The position numbers and the translations under genes were made by a program. 64,000 bases of DNA from Spizellomyces punctatus DAOM BR117 (taxonomy: Eukaryota): assembly GCA_000182565.2 (NCBI GenBank), contig KQ257453.1; one strand, written 5' to 3'. Shown here piece after piece: positions 63,469 through 64,000 of this stretch (within the stretch, counting starts at the first letter, position 1; every line of letters starts with the position of its first letter). Below the pieces are notes generated by a model that did not search any database, was not told the DNA's origin, and worked only from the letters and a program-made list of their open reading frames with translations.

Positions 63469-64000
63469 ATGCTCAAAGTCTCTTTGGCCACGTTTGCTCT
63501 CCTCTTGGGTGCGTCCTCTGCTCGTGCCCAGTCGTGCTCTGTCCTCGTTGACGACTTTACTGCCATCCGTACGGGGAGTTTACCTGGCGAGACCGTCGTG
63601 CGGGACTTTAATCTTCTCGGCGGTGACTATGGCAAGAGTGATGGTGCTTCCCTCACCTACACCATCGACACCACCGCCAAGCATGTTGAGCTGACTGCCG
63701 GCGCTACTGAAAACTTTTGGTTTGCAAAGTTTGTGAGTATTGGTGGGGGGAAGCGCGTTTTCTTTTGCTTTTTACATGGGTTTTGATTCATATCGGGCTA
63801 TTTGTTTATAATCAGGATCGTGATTCGTGCTTTGACCTCGTTACTCCCAAATACCAAGCAATTGTCTTTGATTTAGTCGCCCCCGCTGGATCTGACTTTA
63901 CCATGACCCTCACGCAAAAGACCCCCGACTGTGTAGACCGCGCGGGAGCCAACTCGGACTCGGTCTACGTTCCCCTCACAAAGTACATCACTCCCAACGG
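63469..64000 (+). CDS. Secreted protein, 5' part only (runs off the window); possible carbohydrate-binding module
   Basis: Signal MLKVSLATFALLLGASSARA, then SCSVLVDDF...NLLGGDYG..NFWFAKF. Intron ~63733-63815, then CFDL..IVFDLVAPAGSDFTMTLTQ..DSVYVPLTKYITPNG. Confidence 0.7.

Overview
Intron-rich eukaryotic (fungal) genomic DNA. The short GT-AG introns, gene repertoire and a Spizellomyces-type Fanzor suggest a chytrid (inference, not verified). The left end (1-3.3 kb) is a nested mobile-element locus. A Fanzor1 (eukaryotic TnpB-derived, RNA-guided RuvC nuclease) element retains its downstream omegaRNA scaffold/right end and adjacent guide, but it is inactivated by CpG-type mutations and interrupted by a Ty3/Gypsy-like LTR retrotransposon. 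That retrotransposon has a 600-bp LTR, a tRNA-Ala PBS and gag, and its gag abuts a pol/RT fragment on the opposite strand. The rest of the window holds about 20 host genes: a Bmt2-fragment chimera, ADF-H+PH protein, multi-TM protein, MFSD1-like transporter, GH2 beta-mannosidase, sugar porter, F-box/LRR, Kelch-TM-SH3, egt1, AA14-like LPMO, a hybrid histidine kinase with a bacterial-type Cache sensor, BRO1 protein, DEDDy exonuclease, SH3-RhoGEF and secreted repeat proteins. It also holds 4 tRNA genes (Ala-TGC, 2x Thr-CGT, Gln-TTG), a repeat-rich intergenic block with a long inverted repeat (8.3-10.6 kb), a decayed tandem ParB/Srx-like relic and a duplicated terminal exon. All family assignments come from motif recognition by eye; exon boundaries are approximate.
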